Assembly (NCBI RefSeq): GCF_006345805.1
Contig: NC_042997.1
Location: 96,472,001 to 96,536,000, forward strand
From: Octopus sinensis
Lineage: Eukaryota
Reading direction: 5' to 3'
Length of the DNA: 64,000 nt
The position numbers were made by a program, and so were the translations under genes. Below, piece after piece: positions 25,770 to 38,074 of this stretch. The notes beneath the pieces were generated by a model, which saw nothing but the letters and a program-made list of their open reading frames with translations, did no database searches and had not been told where the DNA came from. Positions within the stretch are counted from its first letter, which is position 1. Every line of letters starts with the position of its first letter.

Positions 25770-26500
25770 CATCCGACTTCTCCGCTCACTCTTCCTGGCA
25801 GGTCATGGGTGTAGAATATTTTGGTATGTCCTCCACAGAGTCTTCTAAGAAACAACTGTGATTAGATTTTCGGTCTGGATTTCCAAGCGAGACGAACTGA
25901 AACTATGGATATTATCCACCATCCCGGTCCTGATATACTCCAATTACCATACCGACTGGCTTAGCTTGAAGAAACCATCTCACGATTCCTTCCTGTTCCA
26001 TTCTAATCACATGTTCACCGTATCGGAAGTCTGACCTATCTATGAGAATCACTGACTCAGCCTAGAGAAACTGTCTGGTCTCCGAGCTACTCACTCTGTT
26101 GAGTAACAGTTACGCCAGGGACTCTTCGGGCGCTTGTGTTCGAGATCGTTCTCTTTCGGTTGTTACCCTATATTCATGACTCTACATGAAGATAGGAACG
26201 GAAACCGAATTGATGGTAACGAGTATGGCTAGATTACCAACCTCATCTGTGGATCGAATGCAGGCATCGGCGTACTGGTGTGCAAGCTCCTGCAACTCTG
26301 GCGTCCACGCATCTTCCTGTCTTCCATCACACGTGAATACGTCTCTCCACTTGTCTCAGTAATTTCTCGTTAACATGCATTGTGCACTGAGGCGTGTTTC
26401 TACAGAGGACCAGTGTTTCAATCATCGCAACACTAATTCTTATCCCTGCTTTGCAGGAGTCGATAGCACAGTCGATTAGTTCATGCAGGAGATCATCCTC
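25770..26500 (-). mobile_element. RTE-clade LINE 3' fragment (degenerate RT C-terminus)
   Basis: ..GIRISVAMIETLVLCRNTPQCTMHVNEKLLRQVE.., then TERERSRTQA, DRSDFRYGEHVIRMEQE and QAKP across stops and frameshifts; matches the RTE RT/thumb pattern. Confidence 0.7.
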
Positions 26501-26625
26501 ACGCTTACATGCACACATACACCTTGTCTCAAAAGGGAAATACGAAATTAAGTTGTAAATATATGTAATTAATAAAACATACAAAGTAGTTCTTTTGAAG
26601 TCTCCAACATCGGAATAGCTATATA

Positions 26626-28059
26626 TACCAGGTTGAGTTAAAAGTAATTTCGTATTTCAAGCTTTAATTACTAATTCAAGTAAGCTATATGCGAAAAGTA
26701 TCAAAATATATTACATCACATTCTGTTGTTTATCGCCACCGTTGTACAATTAGTTCAATTCTACGCTTATGACACTCTGCTTTACAGGCAAAATACTCCC
26801 TGCGTCAGTTTTGAAATTCATTCGTTCATGCAAGAAATGAGCCATGGCTGGGATAAGATGAGAATCTAATGGTGTGAGGCCTGGATTGAAGTGAGGGTAA
26901 GGTATCACTTCCATCCTTTCAAGATCTCCAAGCTTGCGCTTGGTGATATTGGCAGTGTGTGCTTGGGAATTTGTCATGCTGTAACATTGCACATCATCGA
27001 TTAGACAATGTATGTGGCTTTCAAAGCATCGTGAACTCTTTGCATTTGTTGAACATAAATGTTAGTGATTATAGCATGATCATCTGGAGTAAGCTCAATG
27101 TGCAACATCCCCTGAAATACGACCAAGCGCACAACTTGGCTTTCTGTTCAACCACACTTATATGGCAACAGGTTCTGAAACCTGGCCGGCAAGAAACCGC
27201 TGATATCTCTTATTAGGATTTCGAAAATAGATCTATTTTTCATTCGAAGAAAAGAACGGGCGTCTGGAGGATTTGCTAGCGGTTGTTTGCAAATATTCAT
27301 ATGTCTTTCATGAGTAACTTATCGGCAATGTCTTAACAAAAGGCCGAAATTTTTGAGGTGACGATTGATAGTGATTCATGAAAGACCAAGTTCTGTCGGC
27401 AATATGTGACTGCTTGGGCGGCGAGCTGGCAGAAACGTTAGCACGCCTGGCGTAATGCTTAGCGGTATTTCGTCTGCCGCTACGTTCTGAGTTCAAGTTC
27501 TGCCGAGGTCGACTTTGCCTTTCATCCTTTAGGGGTCGATAAAGTAAGTACTAGTTAGTTATGCACTGAGGTCGACATAATCGAATTAATCCGTTTGTCT
27601 GTCCTTGTTTGCCCCTTCTGTATTTAACCCCTTGTGGGTAGTAAAGAAATAGGCAATATATGAGTGCTTATGCTTGGCTGTTCCTCAGTTATTCCAAACA
27701 AGGCCTCATCTTCAACAAGATAAGGTCTCCCTGGCCTTAATTTGTTCTCCTTGAATCTTCCAAACCATTTTTGTGTCTTGTTTGTGGGCAGTTCCTGGAC
27801 CGTTCATATCATTCATTTCTTTTTCCGCTGCCCTCGCTTAATTCCTTCGAAAGGTAGCATAAAATGGTTCTATTTGTAATGTTTTCACCACTCATTATCA
27901 AAATTGTAAAATGAAAAATAAACAATTCATGTTTATATATTGTACATGGAAAGGAAGAATGAACGATTCAGCAACGACTGGATAACAAGCTGTCAAATTA
28001 ATTATATATAATGGCGATACATGTCAAAATTCATCAGTGAAAATCCTAAAAACTTTTGC

Positions 28060-28060
<1 letters not shown>
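26626..28060 (-). mobile_element. Mariner transposon relic with nested SINE
   Basis: N-terminal ..KWFGRFKE..PGRP.. and C-terminal EVIPYPHFNPGLTPLDSHLIPAMAHFL (decayed YSPDLAPSD motif); TIR-like TACCAGGTTGAGT versus ACTTAACCTAGTA in the duplicate copy. Confidence 0.7.
27416..27651 (+). mobile_element. Young SINE family B insertion with 18-bp target-site duplication
   Basis: GGCAATATGTGACTGCTT (27398-27415) and GGCAATATATGAGTGCTT (27652-27669); empty site at ~36239-36256. Confidence 0.9.
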
Positions 28061-28093
<33 letters not shown>

Positions 28094-28143
28094 CACACAC
28101 ACACACACACACACACTCACTCACTCACACACTCACACACAAA

Positions 28144-28185
<42 letters not shown>

Positions 28186-28215
28186 GAGAGATAGACAAAC
28201 ATACATGCATATATA

Positions 28216-29129
28216 CGTTGCCGGGTCATAGTGCTAGTGCATGTATATATGTGTTTATATATGTGTACATATTACATGTACATCTATATATATATATACA
28301 TCTACACATAAACTGCAAAATACAAAGTTATATATTGATATCGCTAGTGATAACTATACTCAAAATATATAACAGACTGAAATTGTTAGCTCTTCTTTTT
28401 CTCTACATTGTATACTTTATAGACAATAGTCTTTAATTTAATTTTTTATTATCTATCTGGACTATTCCATTTCTGCACGCTAATTTTATTTTTAATTTAT
28501 TCCCATTCATGTGAAACCACTTATTCAAGTTCAAATCATTGATGCAATTTTATACCAATTGCTATTTTTACTTTTGTTATGTTACGATTATATTATACTT
28601 TAGTTTGATTTTAATTATTACTTACTACATATGATTCAATTGTTATTATTATTTTTATTGTTAAAGTGAAAGCATCTGACATAAAATAGAGAAATATTTT
28701 TGTTTCACTTTTAACACGTAATACTGAAATAGTGGAGAAGATATGATATCGCTATGGACTCGCTCTAGGCAAGAAGTTGAACATTTTTTTTCCCTATGAA
28801 ATTACATGGACCCAAAGTAGGGCATGTGTAAGATTTGAAGGAAATTGGTTGTGTAGTTCTCAAGTTTTAGGGAATCATAGTGGAGAAGATATGATATTGC
28901 TGTGGGCTCGCCCTAGGCAAAAAGTTAAATTTATTTTGCCGATGACACTCCCCGGACCGTAAGTAAGGCATGTGTAAAATTTGAATGAAATTGGTTGTGT
29001 AGTTCTCAAGTTTTAGGGAAACACACAGACAGACAGACACACACACACACACACATTCTCAGTTTTATATATATAAAGGTATACATGCACTAGCACTATG
29101 ACCCGGCAACGTCGGGTCTTTAATGCTAG

Positions 29130-29130
<1 letters not shown>
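28216..29130 (-). mobile_element. Non-autonomous Helitron-like element with rearranged termini
   Basis: Minus-strand start CTTTATATATATAAAA, then GT/GTCT microsatellite and AACCAATTTCATTCAAATTTT; ~150-bp internal tandem repeat (28728-29020); GACCCG..CGGGTC hairpin followed by CTAGT. Confidence 0.55.
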
Positions 29131-29162
<32 letters not shown>

Positions 29163-29352
29163 GTATATATGTATATATAAATATATGTGTGTGTGTGTAT
29201 GTCATATGTCGAATATTATAAAGACAATGGGGTCTTTAAATGGATATGAATTAAATTATTAACATATTGTGAATTAAGCCTGCAATTCTTTTAATTTGTA
29301 TACAATATGTCTATAGCTATCTTTATATATGTGTGTGTATGTACATGTACAT

Positions 29353-29413
<61 letters not shown>

Positions 29414-30059
29414 GAAAGAAGGTTTGAAAATGCAATTTAAAAGATGTTTATTTACTTAACCGGTTTCACTCTTTGGTAAAAGATTGTCAAAAGTAACATT
29501 GAATATTATGGGTTCCAAAAAGTTTTTTTACATAATTGTCACATTGAATATTATGAATTCAAAAATGTTTTTTATACATAATTGTCACATTACATGTATA
29601 AATATAGTGTTTGGTAACAGAGATATGTTAAGGGCATAAAAAAGTTCAATAGTATGATGAGAATATTTGGAAAAATTGGCAGAAAAGAATAAAACAAATA
29701 TATTATTGGAAATTTGGTTGCGTTAAATATTGGTTGTCGCAAATTGTCACATTACATGTATATATATACAGTCTTTGGTAGAAAGGACATCTTAAAGACA
29801 TAAGGAAGTGTAATAGTTTGGTGAGAAAGTTTGTAATATTGATATTTTATACATCGCAGAATATTTTGAAATGAAGGCGAGAATTTGTTTTTACTGACCT
29901 GTTTGTTTTAGCAGAGAAGTTGAATTGAGAGAAAAAGATGTGTACCCAGTTTTGTGTATGGTTCCCCTTCAAGCATCAATGATTTTGGGGTTATCGGGAG
30001 GTGAGTATGCGGGTGTGAATAGATGTGTCCGTGTGCCTGCTGGTCAGACGGCGTTTGTT

Positions 30060-30758
30060 TGTCACACACATATATACACACACACACAACACACACACAC
30101 ACACATATATACACACACACACACACCACATACACACACACACACACACAGAACACACACATACACAACGCACCCACATATATAATATACACACACAGCA
30201 CACAAATATAACATGTATTTATATATAATATACACACATATATAACACACATACACACACAACACACACACACACACACACACAACACAGGCATACATAC
30301 ATACGTAATATAAATATCACACAAATACACCTAGCATATATATACATGCAATACACATACACAGCATGTATATAATACACATACACAATATATGCATGCA
30401 ATATACATACGCAATACATACATATAATATATATATATAGACAATACATATACATATATACATATATACATATAAATAGTGTTTACATACACATACATAG
30501 ATATACCACATATACACACAATATACATACACACAATGCATACACATACACGTACGCATACATATAATATATATATATACACACACACATAACATACATA
30601 CACAATGCATACATATATATACATGCAATGTATATAGATGTATTCATGCATATATAGCACACCTACAATATACATATATACAATGCACACATACACATGT
30701 TTATACACACATATGCATGCAAATATATATACACACACATACACACACACATATATAT

Positions 30759-30789
<31 letters not shown>

Positions 30790-31260
30790 CATACATACAT
30801 GCACATATATATATTTTTTCACACACATATACACACACATATATATATAAAATCCACACACACACCCACACAGACAAAATACAAACCTATAGCGTACACA
30901 CTCAAATATATATCTACATACCGCACACATACACAAACAATGTACTCACATATACACACATACCATGCATATACACACACAACACACACATATATATATA
31001 TATATAAAAAACAAATACACATGTAAATACATACACACGTACACAATGCTCACACACACACACATACACACACACGCACACAGTGCACACACACACACAA
31101 CGCGCACACACACACACATACACACACACGCACACAGTGCACACACACACATATATATATACACACGCGCACACACACACACACAACGCGCACACACACA
31201 CACACACTACACTCACACACATACATAACCTACATATATATAATGCATGCGTGTGCGTGC
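30060..31260. repeat. ~1.2-kb compound (CA)/(TA) microsatellite forming the Neptune element's 3' UTR
   Basis: Lies between the endonuclease end and the 3' pLTR. Confidence 0.85.
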
Positions 31261-31389
31261 CACGTATGTGTGCGGTCAATTCCCGCTAGTGTGTCCTATG
31301 CGTGCCGATGCGCGCATGTGTCCGCCCGCACGATATGCTGTGAGTGTGCGCGTGTCCCTGTGTGCTTGCTCTGGATGTGTGTCCAGGGG

Positions 31390-33678
31390 GTATGTTTAGT
31401 TGTGGTCTGTATTTTTGAATAAGATTACTTTCCCTATTTATTCGTGTTTGGTCTGTGGTGTTGTCCGAGCATTGGTATAGTGGGAAGACTAAGAATTTGG
31501 GGGACTTAGTGTGTGCACAAAGGTCTAAGTGTCCACTTAGTGGTATCTGTGGAGGGGTCCCTCAGTTGTTGTCGGTGAACTGTCATTCTTTCTCTGAGGG
31601 TAAGGCTCGTTTGCCCTATGTAGTCTTCGTGGCATCCTTCACACCTTATGACGTAGAGTAAATTTTTTGATGCGCACGTGAAATTATTTTTTATGATGAA
31701 TGTGTGTCCCGAATGGAACTTGTACGACGATCCCTCAATGAGGTGGATGCAGGTCCTGCAGTTGGGGCGACCACATATTTTGATGGTGGGCGGTGGGTTT
31801 GTGTTGTGTAATTTTGCGTTGGTGAGGAGGTTTTTTAGGGATTTAGGTTGTCTCTTACTTTTTATTATTTTATGAGCTGCCAGTATTTTTTTCAGGCGTG
31901 GGTCTTGATTTAGTTGTGGAATGTTGTTGTATATAATAGTGTAAGCTTCTGCATTCCTTGGGTTGTGTGTTGAGAGATAGGGGAGGCTATTTACTGTACT
32001 GTGGATGTGTTTGGGTTTTCGTAGGTCTTGAATGTTGATTGATTTGGCCCGTTCTATTCCGTTGTCTACTAGTGATGCCGGGTAATGTCTTTCGAGAATT
32101 GCCCTTAGTTCCCGGAGTCTTCTATTTCGTGTTGTGTCATTTGAGACAATAGTGCAGATTCTTCTCGCTAGGTTGAAGGGGATATTTGTCTTTGTGTGTT
32201 TTGTGTGATTGGAGGTGAATAGAAGGTATTGTTTAGAGTCAGTGGGTTTGTAATGGATGTCAGTTTCAATGTTGACGCCTTTTTTAATGATTAGGATGTC
32301 AAGAAAAGGGAGTTGGTCCTGACTATATTCCATTGTGAATTGAATGTTGTTATTTACACTGTTGATAAGGTTTTTGAAGTCTATAAGTTGGTCGAGTGTG
32401 TGGGACCATAGGATGAGGCAATCATCTAAGTAGCGTATTAGTAGTATTTGTGGAAAGACTGGCCGTACTTATATTTGGATTTTTCATAGATATGTGATTC
32501 CAGGTAGGCCATCACCAGGTTTGCATAGGTAGGTGCAACTTTCGTACCCATTGCAGTTCCTGAGACCTGTCTGTAAGTGTTGTTGTGGAAATACATGAAG
32601 TTGTTTTGCAGAATAAATTTGAGGCCCTCAATTATGAATTCTTTTTTAATTCTTTCCGGGATCTCATTGGGATATTTATCCAGCCAGAATTTAATGGCTT
32701 CCAGTCCATATTCATGTGGGATTGTGGTGTAAAGATTAATAACATCAAAAGAAACTATTAAAGTGTCTTTATCGGTATGTTTGGGGAGATGATTTAATAG
32801 GTCCAGGTCATCTCTTACAATACTTGGAATGTGTTTCAGTATTGGCTTTAAGATGATATCTATAAAGTTGCTAAGTCTGTGTGTTTCACAACTTGGGCCT
32901 GCCACTATTGGTCTCAGTTTGAGATCAGTGGGATGTGGTATAGTGATGCAGGTTGAAGTGGACTTTTTGCAAGCTTCTGTGATAATTTGACTCTTGTGTA
33001 TTTTTGGAAGCCCATAGAGTGTGCTGGTTTTGCAATTAAATTTAGTAATGTAGTCGCATTCCTTTGCTGTCAAGTTATTCCGGTGTTGGTAAATGAGTGC
33101 CTTCAGTTTGGTCATTGTTTTGGATTGCTGGTAGTCGACTACTCTTTCATAGTATGTGGTATCCTCTAAAAGGAGAGATACAGAGTTTTTATATTGCTCA
33201 GTATTCATAACAACGACCGTACTACCCTTATCAGCTTCCTTTATTGTGACGTCATGATTGTCTCGTAGCGTATGGATGATTTCCCATTCTCTTTTACTGG
33301 TGTTGGGTTTGAGTTTAGGTTGTGGGAGTTCACCATAAGGAAGTTTGAGATGTAATCGCAAAATTTGTCTAAGGTTTTGTTTTTGCCTTTTATGGGATTA
33401 TATTTGCTTTTGTTACGGACCATTGATTCGTCGTTATTATTAGTTTTCCTGTCAAAAAATTCCTCTGTGAGGCGTAATTTTCTGCAAAAGTGTGAGATGT
33501 CATCCTGTATTTCCCTCAGGTTAGGGTATTGCGGAGTTGGGGTGAATTTTAGTCCTCTTGAAAGGACTTTTATTTGTGGTGTCGACAGGTTTAGGTTAGA
33601 AAGATTCACTATTTTTGGTTTTTCGGGGTTGGTATCTACCATCTGGTGTCGTGGAAACTGATGCCCTTGCCTAAAAAA
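31390..33678 (-). pseudogene. PLE reverse transcriptase plus GIY-YIG endonuclease, broken by about three frameshift lesions
   Basis: LSRGLKFTPTP, EADKG, LPKIHK, LRPIV, SFDVINLYT, GTAMG, RYLDD (32421-32435), LPFLD, CxxxxCxxC linker (CGRPNCRTC), NLLYVIRC..C..YIGQT..LRER...H, RE..LI..PQLN; lesions near 33340, 32440 and 31550. Confidence 0.95.
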
Positions 33679-34580
33679 GGAATCCTGGGGGTTCTTCTAT
33701 CTGCGGTATTTTGCTGTATGTGATTCTGTCCCCCGTTGATATGTTGTCTGTTGAAGAGGTTTTGGTTGTTGTGATTCTGTCCCCCGTTGATATGTTGTCT
33801 GTTGAAGAGGTTTTGGTTGTTCCAGGATCTGGGTTGTTGGTGTGGCCTCCTGGAAGAGTTTTGGTTATTCCAGGGTCTGGGTTGTTTGTCCTGGGTGTAA
33901 TGTTGGTTCCTTAGAGTGGGTTGGAAACTACATTCATGGTTTAGAAGTGAATTCCTATATGTTGGGGGATAACTCTGAGTTAGGAACGGTTTGGGTTGGA
34001 ATCTACAATCATAGTTCAGAGATGGGTTTCTAAGTGATGGGTAGGATCTCCGAATCTGGAACGGTTCTTGTGTGGGTTGGGGTCTACGTTGTCTGGTAAA
34101 GTTTTGTCTTGTGATGATGGGTGTCTCGGTTCCTTTGATGGGATTGTAGTGCTGTCTGCAAGTTCTGTTGTTGTTGTTGTCGATGTTAGGGGTGGTGTGT
34201 GTTCGGTGTTTTGTGGTTTGTTTTCTTTGGTTTCGGCGAGGGGTGTGAGTTGAAGTAGATATTTTAAAATATGGGTTGCTTGAAAGGTGTTCCATTCGCT
34301 GGAGGGATGTTAGTTCTTCATCCTCGCAGTTTTTTCTCCAGAGTTTGGTGGTTTCATCAAGGGGTGCTCCTTCACAGTGTTTTGAGATTTCAATCTGCAT
34401 TTCATTGTCAAGGGTCTTGAATTTTTCTTCACTGGCGTTGGCTCTGAGCCGCAAGAGTTCTACTTCTGTTTTGAATTTTTCAAAAGCTAGTTTCTCCCTG
34501 AGGTTTTTTTGGTTTTCTGGTTCATTTTGGATGGGTTTTATTTGTAGTTTTCTGGGTAGGATGATAGGGGTGGAGTTGAG
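33636..34580 (-). CDS. PLE upstream ORF1 (5'-truncated; coiled-coil-like then Q/N/R/P-rich)
   Basis: Open for >300 codons; EKLAFEKFKTEVELLRLRANASEEKFKTLDNEMQ helical segment; tandem NNQNLFNRQHINGGQNH repeat; overlaps the RT frame. Confidence 0.7.
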   Translation of the reverse strand, partial: LNSTPIILPRKLQIKPIQNEPENQKNLREKLAFEKFKTEVELLRLRANASEEKFKTLDNEMQIEISKHCEGAPLDETTKLWRKNCEDEELTSLQRMEHLSSNPYFKISTSTHTPRRNQRKQTTKHRTHTTPNIDNNNNRTCRQHYNPIKGTETPIITRQNFTRQRRPQPTQEPFQIRRSYPSLRNPSLNYDCRFQPKPFLTQSYPPTYRNSLLNHECSFQPTLRNQHYTQDKQPRPWNNQNSSRRPHQQPRSWNNQNLFNRQHINGGQNHNNQNLFNRQHINGGQNHIQQNTADRRTPRIPFLGKGISFHDTRW

Positions 34581-35145
34581 CCACCAGGCACACGGACACA
34601 TCTATTCACACCCGCATACTCACCTCCCGATAACCCCAAAATCATTGATGCTTGAAGGGGAACCATACACAAAACTGGGTACACATCTTTTTCTCTCAAT
34701 TCAACTTTTCTGCTAAAACAAACAGGTCAGTAAAAACAAATTCTCGCCTTCATTTCAAAATATTCTGAGATGTATAACATATCCATTTTAATTTTCTCTG
34801 TCAATATTACAAAATTTCTCACCAAACTATTACACTTCCTTATGTCTTTAACATGTCCTTTCTACCAAAGACTGTATATATATACATGTAACGTGACAAT
34901 TTGCGACAACTAATAATTAACGCAACCAAATTTCCAATAATATATTTGTTTTATTCTTTTCTGCCAATTTTTCCAAATATTCTCATCACACTATTGAACT
35001 TTTTTATGCCCTTAACATATCTCTGTTACCAAACACTATATTTATACATGTAATGTGACAATTATGTATAAAAAACATTTTTGAATTCATAATATTCAAT
35101 GTAACAATTATGTAAAAAACTGTTTTGAACCCATAATATTCAATG

Positions 35146-35190
35146 TTACTTTTGACAATCTTTTACCAAAGAGTGAAACCGGTTAAGTAA
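35146..35190 (+). ncRNA. Minimal type I hammerhead variant with U3:A8 core (sense copy on - strand at 29452-29496)
   Basis: TTACTT-TTGACAA-TCTTT.TACC.AAAGA-GT-GAAA-CCGG-TT-AAGTAA. Confidence 0.6.
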
Positions 35191-35264
35191 ATAAACATCT
35201 TTTAAATTGCATTTTCAAACCTTCTTTCATATATAATTCCACTCGTGCGATACCCCACAACTCA

Positions 35265-35302
<38 letters not shown>

Positions 35303-35327
35303 AAAGTCAAAATGCGATAAAATAAAA

Positions 35328-35374
<47 letters not shown>

Positions 35375-35518
35375 TTATACCTACGCATGTGTGCGCGCAC
35401 GTGTGTGTGTGTGTGCGTATCTGTTAAATAAAAGGGATATCGTGTATATAAATCTAAAAATATTGCAAGGAAACTTGATGTTAGGATATCTCTCTCTGGC
35501 TACTTTGGTTGTCTGTTT

Positions 35519-35557
<39 letters not shown>

Positions 35558-35934
35558 ACTCACTCACTCACTCTATCGCTCTCTTTCCCCCTCTCTTTCG
35601 TCATTCATCACACTCTAAATAAAATATTTATGTCATGCATGCTGATATAGGTTTTTTTCTGCATGCTGGATGAATGACATAAAGCTCTCGATCAGCCAAC
35701 ACACCAAAAACTACAAGCTGCAGGGTTATTGTCTTTTGTATATTAATGGCAAATACTTTCCCTGTTTAGATGCAGCTACAGTGATAACGGAAATTACAAG
35801 AACGCCCTAGATATAACAGATCTTTTAAGATATCAAAAAGCCACTCAGGGAGTGTCCACAATCAACTGTTGAATAATTGCCATTAGCACTAAACAGAATC
35901 AATACGTGCATAACAACTTAGGATAACATCCCCT

Positions 35935-36653
35935 GCTCAATGTGCAATATCCCCTGAAATACCACCAAAGGCACAACTTGGCTTTCCGTTCAACCACACT
36001 TATATGGCAACAGGTTCTGAAACCTGGCCGGCAAGAAACCGTTGATATCTCTTATTAGGATTTCGAAAATAGATCCATTTTTCATTCGCAGAAAAGAACG
36101 GGTGTCTGGAGGTTTTGCTAGCGGTTGATTGCAAATATTCGCATGTCGTCCATGAGTAACTTATCGGCAATGTCTTAACAAAAGGCCGAAATTTTGAGGT
36201 GACGATTGATAGTGATTCATAAAAGACCAAGTTCTGCCGGCAATATATGAGTGCCTATGCTTGCCTGTTCTTCAGCTATTCCAAACAAGGCCTTATCTTC
36301 AACAAGAGGTCTCTCTGACCTTATTTGTTTGCTTTGAATCCGCCAAACCATTTTTTGTCTTGTTTGTGGGCAGTTCTTGGACCGTTCTTATCATTCATTT
36401 CTTTTTCCGCTGCCCTCGCTTCATTCCTTCGAAAGGTAGCATAAAATGGCTCTAATTGTAATGTTTTCACCACTCATTATCAAAATTGTAAAATGAGAAA
36501 TAAACAATTCCTGTTCATATATTGTACATGAAAAGGAAGAATAAACAATTCAGCAACGATTGGATAACAAGCTGTCAAATTAATTATATATAATGGCGTT
36601 ACATGTCAAAATTCATCAGTGAAAATCCTAAAAACGTTCCACTTAACCTAGTA
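35935..36653 (-). mobile_element. Duplicate of the 5' part of the mariner relic (without the SINE)
   Basis: Collinear with 27093-28060 minus the SINE and one TSD copy. Confidence 0.85.
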
Positions 36654-36668
36654 CGCACATACACGCAA

Positions 36669-36714
<46 letters not shown>

Positions 36715-36783
36715 CAGACAGATAGACGAACAGACAGTTAGATATTAAGATAGATAGATAGACAGCGAGACAGATAGATAGAT

Positions 36784-36859
<76 letters not shown>

Positions 36860-36886
36860 TATATATATATATATAGATAGATAGAT

Positions 36887-37002
<116 letters not shown>

Positions 37003-37224
37003 TGCACGTATATAATACATATTTGTATGTGTGTGTGTGTGTGTGTGTATCAATGATCGCTTAGTATGAGCAATTCTATAATAGTTCTTGTTACTGGTAA
37101 CTCCTGATATTTCTCTGGATTATGAATACTACCAGGAGTGTAAATTCCATAGAATTAGAAAGAATACAGAAACTGGTACATCTTAAGATTTTTCATTTAA
37201 TTTGATAGTTATTCATACAGGAAA

Positions 37225-37605
37225 CGCATGAGTGGTGTGTGGTAAGAAGCTTTCCACGTGGTTCCGGGTTCAGCACCAATGCATGGAACCTTAGGCAACT
37301 GTCTTCTACTATAACCTCGGGCTGACCAAAGCTTTGTGAGTGGATTTGGTAGACAGGAACTATAAGAAGCCCGTCGTATATATATACATATGTATGTGTG
37401 TGTCTGTTTCTCCCCCTACCATCATCTTACAACCGATGTTAGTGTGTTTACGTCCCCGTAACTTTCCTGTTCGGCAAATGTTTCAGATAGAATAAATACT
37501 AGGCTTATAAAGAACAAGTTCTCTGGTCAACTTGTTCAACTAAAGGCGGTGCTCCAGCATGGCCTCAGTCAAATGACAGAGAACAGGTACAAGAATCAAA
37601 GAATA
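37225..37605 (+). mobile_element. SINE family A
   Basis: Collinear with 677-1089. Confidence 0.8.
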
Positions 37606-37845
37606 ATAGAATGCTGGTTAAAATTACCGAAACCTGGATTCACCTCGAACCACGCTTGTAGATAGAATTTGAATGAAGGAGCACAACAGAATAATTTGGG
37701 TTGCATACGCGACTTCACATACTCTGCGTAGCAGAAAAACATGTCGGTCCTTTATTCTAACCAACTAAACGACAAACTGTTAAATTTAAAAGAAAAATGT
37801 TAAGATTTACTGTCTCCGTACGTTTTGTAATTGTGTGTATATATA

Positions 37846-37925
<80 letters not shown>

Positions 37926-38074
37926 ATGTAGTTGAAATTTCTCACTCTCTATATATTTATATGTGTGTGTGTGTGTGTGCGTGTGTGTGTGTGTATGCAT
38001 GTATGTATGTATGCATGCATGTATGTATGCATGTATGTATGTATGTATGTATGTGTGTATGTATGTATATGCAG

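Larger units (their letters stand above)
29411..35270 (-). mobile_element. Penelope-like retroelement (Neptune-type), near full length, with inverted pseudo-LTRs (29411-30043 and 34581-35232) and tail 35236-35270, inserted in (TA)n
   Basis: RT and GIY-YIG coding region, ~640-bp inverted repeats, HHR-like motif in both pLTRs. Confidence 0.95.

Noticed and set aside
31390-33678. Selenoprotein-type UGA readthrough in the PLE ORF (as in Naiad PLEs)
   Set aside because: The breaks are frameshifts or deletions, not in-frame TGA at Cys positions; domain order and the Cys linker are Neptune-like.
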